IMG/VR virus record: IMGVR_UViG_3300024246_000012
Coordinates: 1-26,907 of that record
DNA from: a virus
Lineage: Duplodnaviria; Caudoviricetes
DNA: 26,907 bases
Strand: one strand, 5' to 3'
Made by a program: the position numbers and the translations under genes
Shown: piece by piece, positions 1-8,687 of the stretch
Layout: each line of letters begins with the position of its first letter
Numbering within the stretch: the stretch's first letter is position 1
Notes under the pieces: model-generated
What the model was told of the DNA's origin: nothing
Databases searched by the model: none
Seen by the model: only the letters and a program-made list of their open reading frames with translations

Positions 1-345
1 GCCACCAAGACCGGCTGGGCTTCCGACGTCACCAGCGTTGCCCTCACGCCGGACGAGCGGGCCATCTATGAGCAGCAGGAGAAGGTCGGCCAGCGTGCCC
101 AGGCCATCGCTTCGCGCGCCCTGGCGGAGCGCCTCGGGGACCTGATCCGCACCGACGGCATGGTGGCTGCGGCCCCCGTAGACCCGGTGCAGGACGTCAT
201 CGGCAAGCTCGCGGCCCTCAGCGCCGACCAGCTGGCCGCGCTGCGCGGCATCTTCGCCGCCGACCAGGCCGCCGCCGAGACGCAGGACGCGGCCCCGGCC
301 AAGCGCGGCCCCGGCCGCCCCAAGAAGACCGACTCCGCCGAGTAG
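1..345 (+). CDS. Hypothetical phage protein, 5'-truncated
   Basis: Frame 1 is open from base 1 to TAG at 343-345 with GC-rich codon usage; C-terminal AT-hook-like KRGPGRPKK. Confidence 0.7.
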   Translation, partial: ATKTGWASDVTSVALTPDERAIYEQQEKVGQRAQAIASRALAERLGDLIRTDGMVAAAPVDPVQDVIGKLAALSADQLAALRGIFAADQAAAETQDAAPAKRGPGRPKKTDSAE

Positions 346-353
346 GAGGCGCC

Positions 354-527
354 ATGGGCCGCCCAGCCAATCGCTGCAAGCGGTGCGGCGGCCCACAGCG
401 CGGCCGTTCCGGGCGCACGTCGGACATCGTCGCGTACTGCACGGTATGCAAAGAAGGCGTGTGTACCAAGCACTTGCGTGTCCGTGACAGCGAGTACGTG
501 TGCACTAAGTGCGCCAAGGAGGCGTGA
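354..527 (+). CDS. Small Zn-finger protein (57 aa), not in the ORF track
   Basis: AGGAGG RBS, ATG at 354, TGA at 525-527. Translation MGRPANRCKRC...CTVC...CTKH...CTKCAKEA; fills the gap between neighbours. Confidence 0.8.
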   Translation: MGRPANRCKRCGGPQRGRSGRTSDIVAYCTVCKEGVCTKHLRVRDSEYVCTKCAKEA

Positions 528-530
528 GCG

Positions 531-1499
531 ATGCCCGTCTACTCCCCCCAGGGCTATCCGATCGCCGGTCCCGGTTCCCCCTATGTGACCCCTTCGATGC
601 TCATGGCGAGCGCGACAGGAGTCAGCTGGTCCTCGATCGGCTCGCAGGCCTCGACCAGGCCGACGAGCGCACAGGTGTTCGCCGAGACGATGAACATCTG
701 CCGCCGGGCCTCGGCGATGGCGGACTCGGCGACGAACACCGTGCTGCGCGCCACGGTGGACACGGAGCAGCTGACGGGGCCGGGCGACTTCAGGTTCCAG
801 CTCCAGAACAGCACCGGACGGGCCAGGCTCCTGATGTCCCGCTCGCCGATCACGGGGGTGCTGGGCGGCCAGTGGACTCCGGCGGGGGCGTTCCCCGCGA
901 CGTGGACGCAGTTGCCCGCAACGGCCTTTCGGGTCGAGCGGCCGGTCATCGGCTCGTTCGGCTCGACGGCCCCTTCTGGCTCCGGCGACGGCGGCCAGTC
1001 GCTGCTGCTCCAGCCGGGCCAGGTCACCTGGCTGTTCGGCCGCAACAACGTGGACCTTCAGGTCACGTACGTCAACGGCTGGCCACATGCGACGCTCACG
1101 GCTCCCGCGACGGCGGGTGCGACGTCGGTCCAGGTCGATGACTGCACGGGGTGGGGGCCTCCTCCGGGAGCCACGACCGGCGCTTTCGGTACGATCTACG
1201 ACCAGGGCCAGGAGGAGGCCGTCCTGTGCGTCGCATCCACTGCGACGCAGGGGCCCGGCACACTCACCCTCAATGCGCCGCTCCAGTTCGCGCACAACTA
1301 CGGCACGATGGTCTCCACGATGCCCGGCACCATCCAGCAGGCGACGATCCTGTTCGCGGTGTCGCAGGCGATCGTGCGCGGTTCGACGGCGACCACCGTC
1401 CAGGCGGTACCTGGTTCCTCGGTGGGTCCGGGCGCGAGCATGAAGGACTTCGAGAAGGCCGCAAAGGAAATGCTGTCCCCTTACAAGAGGGTGGTGTAA
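531..1499 (+). CDS. Head-to-tail adaptor-like virion protein with an inserted beta-rich module
   Basis: AAGGAGG RBS; position before tail genes; 'VTYVNGWP...IQQATILF...AKEMLSPYKRV' is typical of adaptor C-termini. Confidence 0.6.
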   Translation: MPVYSPQGYPIAGPGSPYVTPSMLMASATGVSWSSIGSQASTRPTSAQVFAETMNICRRASAMADSATNTVLRATVDTEQLTGPGDFRFQLQNSTGRARLLMSRSPITGVLGGQWTPAGAFPATWTQLPATAFRVERPVIGSFGSTAPSGSGDGGQSLLLQPGQVTWLFGRNNVDLQVTYVNGWPHATLTAPATAGATSVQVDDCTGWGPPPGATTGAFGTIYDQGQEEAVLCVASTATQGPGTLTLNAPLQFAHNYGTMVSTMPGTIQQATILFAVSQAIVRGSTATTVQAVPGSSVGPGASMKDFEKAAKEMLSPYKRVV

Positions 1500-1504
1500 G
1501 CCTC

Positions 1505-2014
1505 TTGCCTCTTGTGAGCATGCAGCAGTACTGCAAGGACCTGCTTGACGGCACGCCGATGCCGCTCGGGCTCGCCCCGATGCAGGCGTATATCACACCG
1601 CCGAACCCGGGTGTGGCCGAAGTCCCGACGCTGTACATCTGGGACGCGGAAGGCGAGGAGTCGCGCGAGTCGATGCCGCGTGCTGCGCCCGGTACGGCGT
1701 TCCTGACGACGGGCGCGTTCAAGTTCTTGCAGCACAAGATCGAGATGTACGTCACGATGGTGGACTACGCCGACGACGTGTCGGTGGACAGCAACTTCCC
1801 CGCCTGCGTCGATGCCGTCCTCGCCGTGCTGCGCAACACCAAGATGCCGATCCTCAACCGTGTCGATCCGGTCACCGGCGGCGTCTCGGACGTCACGATG
1901 ATCGGCGAGCGGATACGCTGGCGCCAGGGCGTGCCGCGCTCACTCCAAGATCAGCGCATGTTGTGGCTAGTCTGCTGGCTTCAGATCGACCTGGTAGAGA
2001 AGATCCAGGCGTAG
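1505..2014 (+). CDS. Putative tail terminator/completion protein (start TTG 1505, GTG 1514 or ATG 1520)
   Basis: C-terminal part of ORF 1151..2014; size and synteny in the connector module. Confidence 0.5.
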   Translation: MPLVSMQQYCKDLLDGTPMPLGLAPMQAYITPPNPGVAEVPTLYIWDAEGEESRESMPRAAPGTAFLTTGAFKFLQHKIEMYVTMVDYADDVSVDSNFPACVDAVLAVLRNTKMPILNRVDPVTGGVSDVTMIGERIRWRQGVPRSLQDQRMLWLVCWLQIDLVEKIQA

Positions 2015-2017
2015 ATA

Positions 2018-2065
2018 TCCGGCGGCGGGTATGTCTTGGTTTTCGCATAGCATTTGGCTGCCGGA
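2018..2065 (-). ncRNA. Solitary tigRNA-like stem-loop unit 1
   Basis: Minus strand reads tccggcag-CCA-aatgctatg-CG-aaaa-CCA-agacatacc-CG-ccgccgga; the flanks pair. Confidence 0.75.
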
Positions 2066-2071
2066 CCCGCT

Positions 2072-2082
2072 TAGCGTATCAC
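2072..2082 (-). promoter_or_regulatory. Extended -10-like motif GTGATACGCTA upstream of unit 1
   Basis: TGn-TAnnnT about 7 nt before the stem; near-identical copies at 4430, 11892 and 22900. Confidence 0.6.
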
Positions 2083-2097
2083 GAACGGAGTGATCAC

Positions 2098-2568
2098 GTG
2101 GCCGGAATGCTGACCTTCACCTCCGACGCCCGCGCCGTCGAGACCCTCGGCTCCAGGTTCGAATGGATTTCCGCGAACGTCATGGCGGCCGAACTGATCC
2201 GCAGGCCCGTCCTCGCCGAACTCCAGCGCGAGACGCCGGTGGCGCAGAAGGTCATCAAGGGCGTCGAGCCGGGCAACCTGCGCGACACCATCAAGTCCGA
2301 CATCCGCTCCGGCGCGGGCACGGTCTCCCTGCGCTACACCTCCGACGCCGACTACGCGGGCTTCGTTGTGGACGGCACCGGCCCGCACGAGATCGTCCCG
2401 CGCTCCGCGTCCGTCCTGCACTGGGTTGACACCCAGACCGGCGAAGACGTCTTCCGCCACCGCGTGTGGCACCCCGGTACGCAGCCCAACGACTTCCCGG
2501 GCCGCACCGCTGACCGTGTCCTGCCGTTGGTAGAAACGGCTTTCGCTTCAGTTTTCGAGAGGTTCTAA
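2098..2568 (+). CDS. HK97 gp10-like neck/tail component
   Basis: GGAG RBS and GTG at 2098; motifs 'ETPV...GNLRDTI...YAGFVVDGTGPHEI...V.HPGTQPNDF'. Confidence 0.7.
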   Translation: MAGMLTFTSDARAVETLGSRFEWISANVMAAELIRRPVLAELQRETPVAQKVIKGVEPGNLRDTIKSDIRSGAGTVSLRYTSDADYAGFVVDGTGPHEIVPRSASVLHWVDTQTGEDVFRHRVWHPGTQPNDFPGRTADRVLPLVETAFASVFERF

Positions 2569-2879
2569 TGCCCACCAAGACGCGCCTGGACACCGATGTC
2601 GAAGCTCCGGCAGATGCCCCGCCCGTGGCCGACGCGGTCCCGGCCGTGGAGGCTGCGGCCCCCGAGCCCGTGGCTGCGACTGCGGAAGAGTCCGAAGACC
2701 AGCGCCCCCACTCCGACGACCTCTGGCAGGCCGGGCCCTGGGTCGCGTTGACCTACACGGGCGACCCCAAGGTCTACATCCCGCTCGGCGAGCTCGCTTA
2801 CGGCGACGTCCGCAACGTACCCGCCCCTCTCGCCGAGTCGTACCTCGCGACCCGCGATTTCGTTCCCGCAGCGGCCTGA
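2568..2879 (+). CDS. Hypothetical protein
   Basis: TAATG stop/start overlap with the previous gene; Ala/Pro/Glu-rich N-terminus. Confidence 0.7.
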   Translation: MPTKTRLDTDVEAPADAPPVADAVPAVEAAAPEPVAATAEESEDQRPHSDDLWQAGPWVALTYTGDPKVYIPLGELAYGDVRNVPAPLAESYLATRDFVPAAA

Positions 2880-2928
2880 AGACCCGCTCCCCCGACCCGT
2901 CGTGGCGTAATCCACGGGAAAGGTCTGT

Positions 2929-4362
2929 GTGCCCACTACGGTCGTCGAGCGCTGGGGCAGTCTGTCTGCCTGTGGAGTCGCCCGCGAAGTGACTTTCGGT
3001 ACGCCGCTCACTCCGACGTCTTTCATTCCCATGACCGGCAATGAGCTTCAGCTCGATGTCGGCCTCTTCTCGCCGCACGTCATGTTCGGCCAGAAGGACT
3101 TGAACACCTTCCCGCTGTACGGCCAGTACAAGATGTCCGGCTCGGTCACCGCCCCGGCGTGGCCGACGAACGGCGCTACGTTCATCTCCGCTTCGATCGG
3201 CCCTGACGCGCAGGCGGGTTACGGTGTCGCCGCTCCGACGCCGACCACTTCGACGTCTAATACGGTGGCCAGCCCCACTACGGCGGGCGCAACCACGGTC
3301 ACGTTGACCTCCGCCACCGGTTTCGCGGCGGGCCAGCAGTTGGCGATCGACACTGGCGGCCTGCTGGAGATCCGCAAGATCGCCAGCGTCGCCACCAACA
3401 CCCTGACGCTTTCCGACGCGCTGACGTTCGCGCACGCCGCAGGCGTCGCTGCGGTGACCGGCGCGGCGACCACGACGCTCAACGGCGCGGTGTCGGCGAA
3501 CGCCGGAACGGTGATCGTCACCTCCGCAGCGGGTATCAGCATCAACTCGATCATCCAGATCGACATCAACAGCGTGGCTGGCACGACGACGTCCGAGATC
3601 CGCAAGGTCACGGCGATCTCCACCAACACCTTGACGCTCGACGTCCCGGTGGTGTACGCCCACGGCAACGGGGCGAACGTCTGGCTTGTGGGCGCACCGT
3701 ACTTCCACAACATCCAGCAGGCGAACGTTCTCAGCAGCCTGACGGTCGAGAAGAACCTGGGCAACTTCGAGTCGCTCCAGTTCGCCGGGTGCCGGGTCAA
3801 CAAGCTCGGCATCAGCATGACGGCGACCAACACCGAGGGCACGCTTACGGCGGACCTGATCGCGAAGTCCGTCGCGGTCCTGTCCACGCCGTCGGCTATC
3901 GCGATCACGCCCGAGTCGCCGTGGGTGTTCGCGGAGTCCACGGTCAACCTGTTCAACCAGGTCGTGGCGCAGGCGATCAGCGTCGAGGTCAACATCGAGA
4001 ACGGTGTCAAGGACACCTACACGATGAACTCCTCGCACAACCCGCAGTTCCTCACGCCGGTCACGCGCGCCATCATGGGCAAGATCGACGTGGTCTTCAC
4101 CTCGCTGGACGACGCGACGTGGGGTTACTACAACCAGATGGTCGCGGGCACGAGCGGTCCGCTGACGCTGTCTTTCGCGCACCCCACGACGGGCGGCTCG
4201 ATGACGATCTACCTGCCGAAGGTGGTCCTGGCTAAGACCCCTGATTCGGTAAAAATGGAGGATATTATCACTACCTCCATCGAGTGGACCGCGTTTCTGA
4301 ACATCGCCACGCTCCAGACGATCAGCGCGTTCCTGCTCAACCAGTCCTACCTGGCCGTATAA
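2929..4362 (+). CDS. Major tail (tube) protein with an internal duplicated beta-module insertion
   Basis: 'GVAREVTFGTP', 'SLTVEK...FAGCRVNKL' and 'IYLPKV' resemble tail tube motifs; lies upstream of the chaperones and tape measure. Confidence 0.8.
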   Translation: MPTTVVERWGSLSACGVAREVTFGTPLTPTSFIPMTGNELQLDVGLFSPHVMFGQKDLNTFPLYGQYKMSGSVTAPAWPTNGATFISASIGPDAQAGYGVAAPTPTTSTSNTVASPTTAGATTVTLTSATGFAAGQQLAIDTGGLLEIRKIASVATNTLTLSDALTFAHAAGVAAVTGAATTTLNGAVSANAGTVIVTSAAGISINSIIQIDINSVAGTTTSEIRKVTAISTNTLTLDVPVVYAHGNGANVWLVGAPYFHNIQQANVLSSLTVEKNLGNFESLQFAGCRVNKLGISMTATNTEGTLTADLIAKSVAVLSTPSAIAITPESPWVFAESTVNLFNQVVAQAISVEVNIENGVKDTYTMNSSHNPQFLTPVTRAIMGKIDVVFTSLDDATWGYYNQMVAGTSGPLTLSFAHPTTGGSMTIYLPKVVLAKTPDSVKMEDIITTSIEWTAFLNIATLQTISAFLLNQSYLAV

Positions 4363-4371
4363 GCGGCCTGA

Positions 4372-4427
4372 GACGCCCGGCGGCGTATGAAGATTGGGTT
4401 TCGGCGCACCTTTAGCCGCCGGGCGTC
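4372..4427 (-). ncRNA. Solitary tigRNA-like stem-loop unit 2
   Basis: Minus strand reads gacgcccggcgg-CTA-aaggtgcgc-CG-aaac-CCA-atcttcata-CG-ccgccgggcgtc; perfect 12-bp closing stem. Confidence 0.75.
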
Positions 4428-4429
4428 AT

Positions 4430-4440
4430 TAACGTATCAC
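4430..4440 (-). promoter_or_regulatory. Extended -10-like motif GTGATACGTTA upstream of unit 2
   Basis: Repeated motif immediately 5' of the stem on the minus strand. Confidence 0.6.
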
Positions 4441-4465
4441 ATACTCACGAGTAAGGACACTGCCT

Positions 4466-4915
4466 GTGGATGTCAGCCCCTACGAGGGCACCGTCGAGGT
4501 GCGTATCGGCGATAGCGGCATCGTCGTGATGCGCGAACGCATTCCCGGCGGCGACCGCGAGCACGCCGATAAGGTCCGCATGCGAATTAGCACCAGCGCC
4601 AAGGCCCGCACGACCGACTCGAAGATCGCGGCCGAGGACATGTCCGTCTCCACCGAGATGGACGAGGCAGCCTACCACCTGGCGCTGCTCGACGCGTTCA
4701 TCGTGTCGTGGAACCTGACGCGCCACGGCGTCCTGATCCCGCTCACGCCCGCCCCCGTACGGGAAGCGTCCATCAGGGGTCTGCCGGACCCGCTCTACAC
4801 GCCGCTGGTCAAGAAGGCCCTGGAGCTGGTGGAGGCCGCGTCGCGTACGACGGAAGACCAGGTCCAGTTTCAGCCTGGCAGTGGTGACGGCGGCGCGCAC
4901 CGGGTCCACATCTGA
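4466..4915 (+). CDS. Tail assembly chaperone (G-like)
   Basis: Between tail tube and tape measure; 'IVSWNLT..G..IP.T' motif; AAGGA RBS. Confidence 0.75.
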   Translation: MDVSPYEGTVEVRIGDSGIVVMRERIPGGDREHADKVRMRISTSAKARTTDSKIAAEDMSVSTEMDEAAYHLALLDAFIVSWNLTRHGVLIPLTPAPVREASIRGLPDPLYTPLVKKALELVEAASRTTEDQVQFQPGSGDGGAHRVHI

Positions 4916-5171
4916 TCCACGGATCGTGCGCATCTGGCTGCGTCGGGCGTTCTGGAAGAACTTCGGGACCAACCTGGACGACGCTTGGAGCCATTGGCCC
5001 GAGCAGGAGTTCCAGGATGCTGTCAGCGTCCTGAACTCCGAGGCCCAGGCGTCGCGCACCGGCTCTGGCGGGGGCGGCTCCATCCCGGCGGAGACCACGC
5101 AGGCGAACTTCGACGCGCTGCCGCGTATACCACGCCCGGAAGAACCCCCGCAGGAACCACCACCGGCGTAA
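4881..5171 (+). CDS. Tail assembly chaperone second frame (T-like), probably expressed by frameshift
   Basis: Overlaps the end of the G-like ORF in the +1 frame, has no clear RBS and ends just before the tape measure gene. Confidence 0.6.
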   Translation: MVTAARTGSTSDPRIVRIWLRRAFWKNFGTNLDDAWSHWPEQEFQDAVSVLNSEAQASRTGSGGGGSIPAETTQANFDALPRIPRPEEPPQEPPPA

Positions 5172-5183
5172 CAGGGGGTTGTC

Positions 5184-8100
5184 ATGGCGGACCGCACGAC
5201 CCGCGTCCTGCTGGAGATCATGGCGCTGGACAAGGCGACTGCGGTCCTCGGCTCGATGATGACCTCGCTCCAGGCCTGGGCCGACAAGATGAACGCCGTC
5301 GGCGAAGAGACGCAGCTGACCTCTGAGCAGCTCGAAGTCGCACAGGTGCGTCTCCAGGGCGCTTCGGACGCCTATGCCGTGTCCCTGGAGGCTCAGGCCA
5401 CTGCACTGGGCAAGCTCGAAGCAGCCCAGGCCACGGTCGTCGAGAGCCAGCAGGCCGCTGTGAGCGCCCAGCTGGAGGCGCAGCGCGCCGCCGAGGAGGC
5501 CGCTGTCGCCACAGGCGCGGAGGCGGCCTCGCTGGAGGCGTACGCCACGACGGCCACAAGGGTGGCCGCAGAGACGGCCGCAGCGGTGCAGGCCTCCGTC
5601 ACCGAGCAGGTCGCCGCCTACGACCGGCTGATGGCCGCCGACGCCCTCGTGGCGAAGCGGGCGCGGCAGACCGCCGACGCGCAGATCGCGGGCAACGAGG
5701 AGACCGATGCTTCCACGGTGAAGCTCGGCAAACTGGGCCCGGCGCTGCTGGCCACCGGTCTCGCGATCGGCTATCTGGGCACGAAGTCCGTGGAGTCGGC
5801 CGCGAATTTCCAGACGCTGATGACGAAGCTCGTCACGTCTGCCGGTGAGTCCAAGGACGCCCTCACGGCCGTGAGCCAGGGCGTGCTGAACGTCTCGACC
5901 ATGACGGGCACTTCGGCCGACGAGCTGGCCAAGGCCTTGTACTACGTGGACTCCGCAGGTTTCCACAGCGCCCAGTCCATCACGATCCTGACGGCCGCCG
6001 CCAAGGGCGCCAAGGACGAGATGGCGAATACCGCCGACGTCACCAACGCGTTGACGACGGTCATGACGAACTACCACCTGAGCGCCGACCAGGCGACGAT
6101 GGTCATGAACCAGATGATCACCGCCGTGTCCCTGGGTAAGACCAACCTCCAGGAGTACTCGGTCGCCCTCGCCCAGGTGCTCCCGCTGGCCGCCGCCGCA
6201 GGCGTGTCGTTCGGCGAGGTCGGCGGAGCCATGTCCACGATGACCGCGAAGGGCATGACCGCCCAGCAGGCCGCGCAGGACCTGGCGTTCTCGATCCGCT
6301 CGCTCCAGGGGCCGAACGGCCAGGCCGTCAAGGAGATGGAGCAGCTCGGGCTCTCGGCGACGCAGGTCCAGCAGTCTCTCGGCAAGAACGGCTTGGTCAA
6401 CACGTTCATTGAGCTCCAGAACGCGATCACCAGCCACATGGGCCCGGCGGGCACCGTGGTCATGGACGCGTTCAACAAGTCCAAGACGGCCGCCGCCGAC
6501 GCCAAGCGGATGTTCGACGCGCTGCCCGCTTCCCTTCAGGGGCTGGCCTCGAAGCTGGAGAACGGCACGATCAGCGCCAACAACTGGCGCCTGGCGATCC
6601 GCAACCTGTCTCCCGACCAGCAGAAGCTGATGCAGGAGTTCGCCACGATGCAGACGAACGCGGACGGCTTCAACAGCTTCCTGCGTTCCGGCGCCCCGGC
6701 CGCGCAGTCGTACACCGCTGCCATGCAGAAGATGATGGGCGGCGCGGCGGGCCTGAACACCGCCTTGATGCTCACCAGCGGCAAGGGTTTGCAGACTTTC
6801 GAGAGCAACGTGGCGGCCGTCACGGGCGTCACCAAGAAGGCGAACACCGAGGTTGACGGCTGGGCGGAGATGCAGGGCACGTTCAACCAGCGTATGGCCG
6901 AGGCCAAGCAGGCGCTGGCCAACATGGGTATCGCCATCGGCACCGCCCTGCTGCCGCCGTTGACGAAGCTCGTGACCATGATCGTCGGTTTCTTGGCGCC
7001 GATCGCGACGTGGATCTCCCATAACCAGAAACTGGCGGCAGCTGTTCTGCTGCTGGCCGGTTCGATGGTCACAATCATCGGCGTGACACTCACGGTGATC
7101 AAGGTCATCGGGTTGACGAAGGCCGCGATGGAGGGCCTCGGCAAGGCCATGACGTATGTGGCGGAAAATCCGATCATTCTCGCGATCTTGGCGCTCATCG
7201 TGGTCGTCTACCTTCTGATCACGCACTGGCAGCAGGTCAAGAAGGTCCTGGCCGACGTGTGGGGCTGGATGAAGGTCGCGGCGAAGGACGTCGCCGATTT
7301 CTTCAAGCGCATTTGGGACGACGTCTCCAAGTTCACCAAGCGCATTTGGGACGACATCGCCAACTACTTCAAGCAGGCGTGGGCCGGATTCAAGATCATC
7401 TGGAATGCGACCGGCGGAAAACTCGTCGCAGAGGTCGAACACGCCTGGGATGTCGTCTCGACGTCGTTCAAGAACGAGTGGGACAAGATCTCCGCAGACC
7501 TCTCCCAGATCTGGGGCGAACTCACCACCCTCTGGAACGACACGGGCGGCGCCATCGTCGGCTACATCACCAGCAACTGGGACGAGATCAAGGCCATCAC
7601 GTCCGACATCTGGCACTCGATCTTCGACCCGATCAAGAAGGCCTTCGACGTCATCATGACGATCGTCAAGGCTTACCTCCAGGTCATGGAAGGCATCCTC
7701 AAGGGAGCCTGGGACGTCATCCGGCTGTACCTCCAGTTCGCCTGGGACCTGATCAAGGGCGTCCTCAAGGCGGCATGGGACTTCATGTCCGGCGTCGTAA
7801 AGCTGTACGTCGATGTCATCTGGGGAATCATCAAGGCCGGATTCGACCTGGTCCTGGGCGTCTTCGAAACGGTGTGGGACACGATCAAGGGCGTCATCAA
7901 CACCGCCCTCGACTTCATCAAGGATATCCTCAAGGTGTTCATCGACCTGATCACCGGCAAGTGGCACCAGCTGTGGGTCGATATCGCGAAGACCGCCGTC
8001 GACTTCGTCAACAACGTGAAGTCGCTTTTCTCGGCGGTCATCAACGACACGAAGAAAGCCGTGGTCGATGGGGCCAAGTCCATCTGGGACGGCTTCGTCA

Positions 8101-8684
8101 GCGGCATCGAGGCGGCGCTCAGCGGCATCGGCAAAGCTCTCAAAGACGTCTACAACGCCGTCGTGGGAGCGTTCAAGGACGCCATCCACTGGCTTGAGCA
8201 GGCCGCCAAGGATGTCGTCAACGGTTTCATCAACGGCATCAAGTCCATGCTCGGCGTCGTGGCGAGCGCCGCCGGAAGCGTCGGCGACACCCTGCTGAAG
8301 GGCGTCAAGAGCGCCCTGGGTATCAGCTCTCCGTCGAAGGCGTTCCACGGCCTGGGCATCAACGCCATGGAGGGCCTCGCCAGCGGCATCAACGCGACCG
8401 CCGGGCAGGCAGCCAAGGCGGCTCGCGCTGCGGCCCTGGGCGTGGCTGCTGCGGCCTCGGGGACGATCGGCGGCACCGTGAACATCGGTGCCAGCGGACC
8501 GGGCATGTTCGCCGGTGCCGCCTCCGCCGCAGCGCGGCCCGCCGTGAACATGACGGTCGATCTGCGAGGGGCCCAGATTGCTGGCCCCCAGTCCATCAAG
8601 TGGGTCACCGACCAGCTCAACAAGGACTTCGTCCAGAAGGTCGTGCCCACCGCAGGCATCACGACGCGACGCACGGGAGGGTGA
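5184..8684 (+). CDS. Tape measure protein
   Basis: 1166 aa, Ala-rich and helical; TP901-type core, hydrophobic segments, W/F-periodic 11-aa repeats and 'LGISSPSK' motif. Confidence 0.95.
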   Translation: MADRTTRVLLEIMALDKATAVLGSMMTSLQAWADKMNAVGEETQLTSEQLEVAQVRLQGASDAYAVSLEAQATALGKLEAAQATVVESQQAAVSAQLEAQRAAEEAAVATGAEAASLEAYATTATRVAAETAAAVQASVTEQVAAYDRLMAADALVAKRARQTADAQIAGNEETDASTVKLGKLGPALLATGLAIGYLGTKSVESAANFQTLMTKLVTSAGESKDALTAVSQGVLNVSTMTGTSADELAKALYYVDSAGFHSAQSITILTAAAKGAKDEMANTADVTNALTTVMTNYHLSADQATMVMNQMITAVSLGKTNLQEYSVALAQVLPLAAAAGVSFGEVGGAMSTMTAKGMTAQQAAQDLAFSIRSLQGPNGQAVKEMEQLGLSATQVQQSLGKNGLVNTFIELQNAITSHMGPAGTVVMDAFNKSKTAAADAKRMFDALPASLQGLASKLENGTISANNWRLAIRNLSPDQQKLMQEFATMQTNADGFNSFLRSGAPAAQSYTAAMQKMMGGAAGLNTALMLTSGKGLQTFESNVAAVTGVTKKANTEVDGWAEMQGTFNQRMAEAKQALANMGIAIGTALLPPLTKLVTMIVGFLAPIATWISHNQKLAAAVLLLAGSMVTIIGVTLTVIKVIGLTKAAMEGLGKAMTYVAENPIILAILALIVVVYLLITHWQQVKKVLADVWGWMKVAAKDVADFFKRIWDDVSKFTKRIWDDIANYFKQAWAGFKIIWNATGGKLVAEVEHAWDVVSTSFKNEWDKISADLSQIWGELTTLWNDTGGAIVGYITSNWDEIKAITSDIWHSIFDPIKKAFDVIMTIVKAYLQVMEGILKGAWDVIRLYLQFAWDLIKGVLKAAWDFMSGVVKLYVDVIWGIIKAGFDLVLGVFETVWDTIKGVINTALDFIKDILKVFIDLITGKWHQLWVDIAKTAVDFVNNVKSLFSAVINDTKKAVVDGAKSIWDGFVSGIEAALSGIGKALKDVYNAVVGAFKDAIHWLEQAAKDVVNGFINGIKSMLGVVASAAGSVGDTLLKGVKSALGISSPSKAFHGLGINAMEGLASGINATAGQAAKAARAAALGVAAAASGTIGGTVNIGASGPGMFAGAASAAARPAVNMTVDLRGAQIAGPQSIKWVTDQLNKDFVQKVVPTAGITTRRTGG

Positions 8685-8687
8685 TCG

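Noticed and set aside
4372-4427. Simple intrinsic terminators at 2018, 4372 and 11840
   Set aside because: Each has a 32-nt loop with fixed box spacing and no U tract after the stem.
7290-7360. Direct repeat CAAGCGCATTTGGGACGAC in the tape measure gene
   Set aside because: Reflects the ordinary 11-aa repeat of tape measure proteins.
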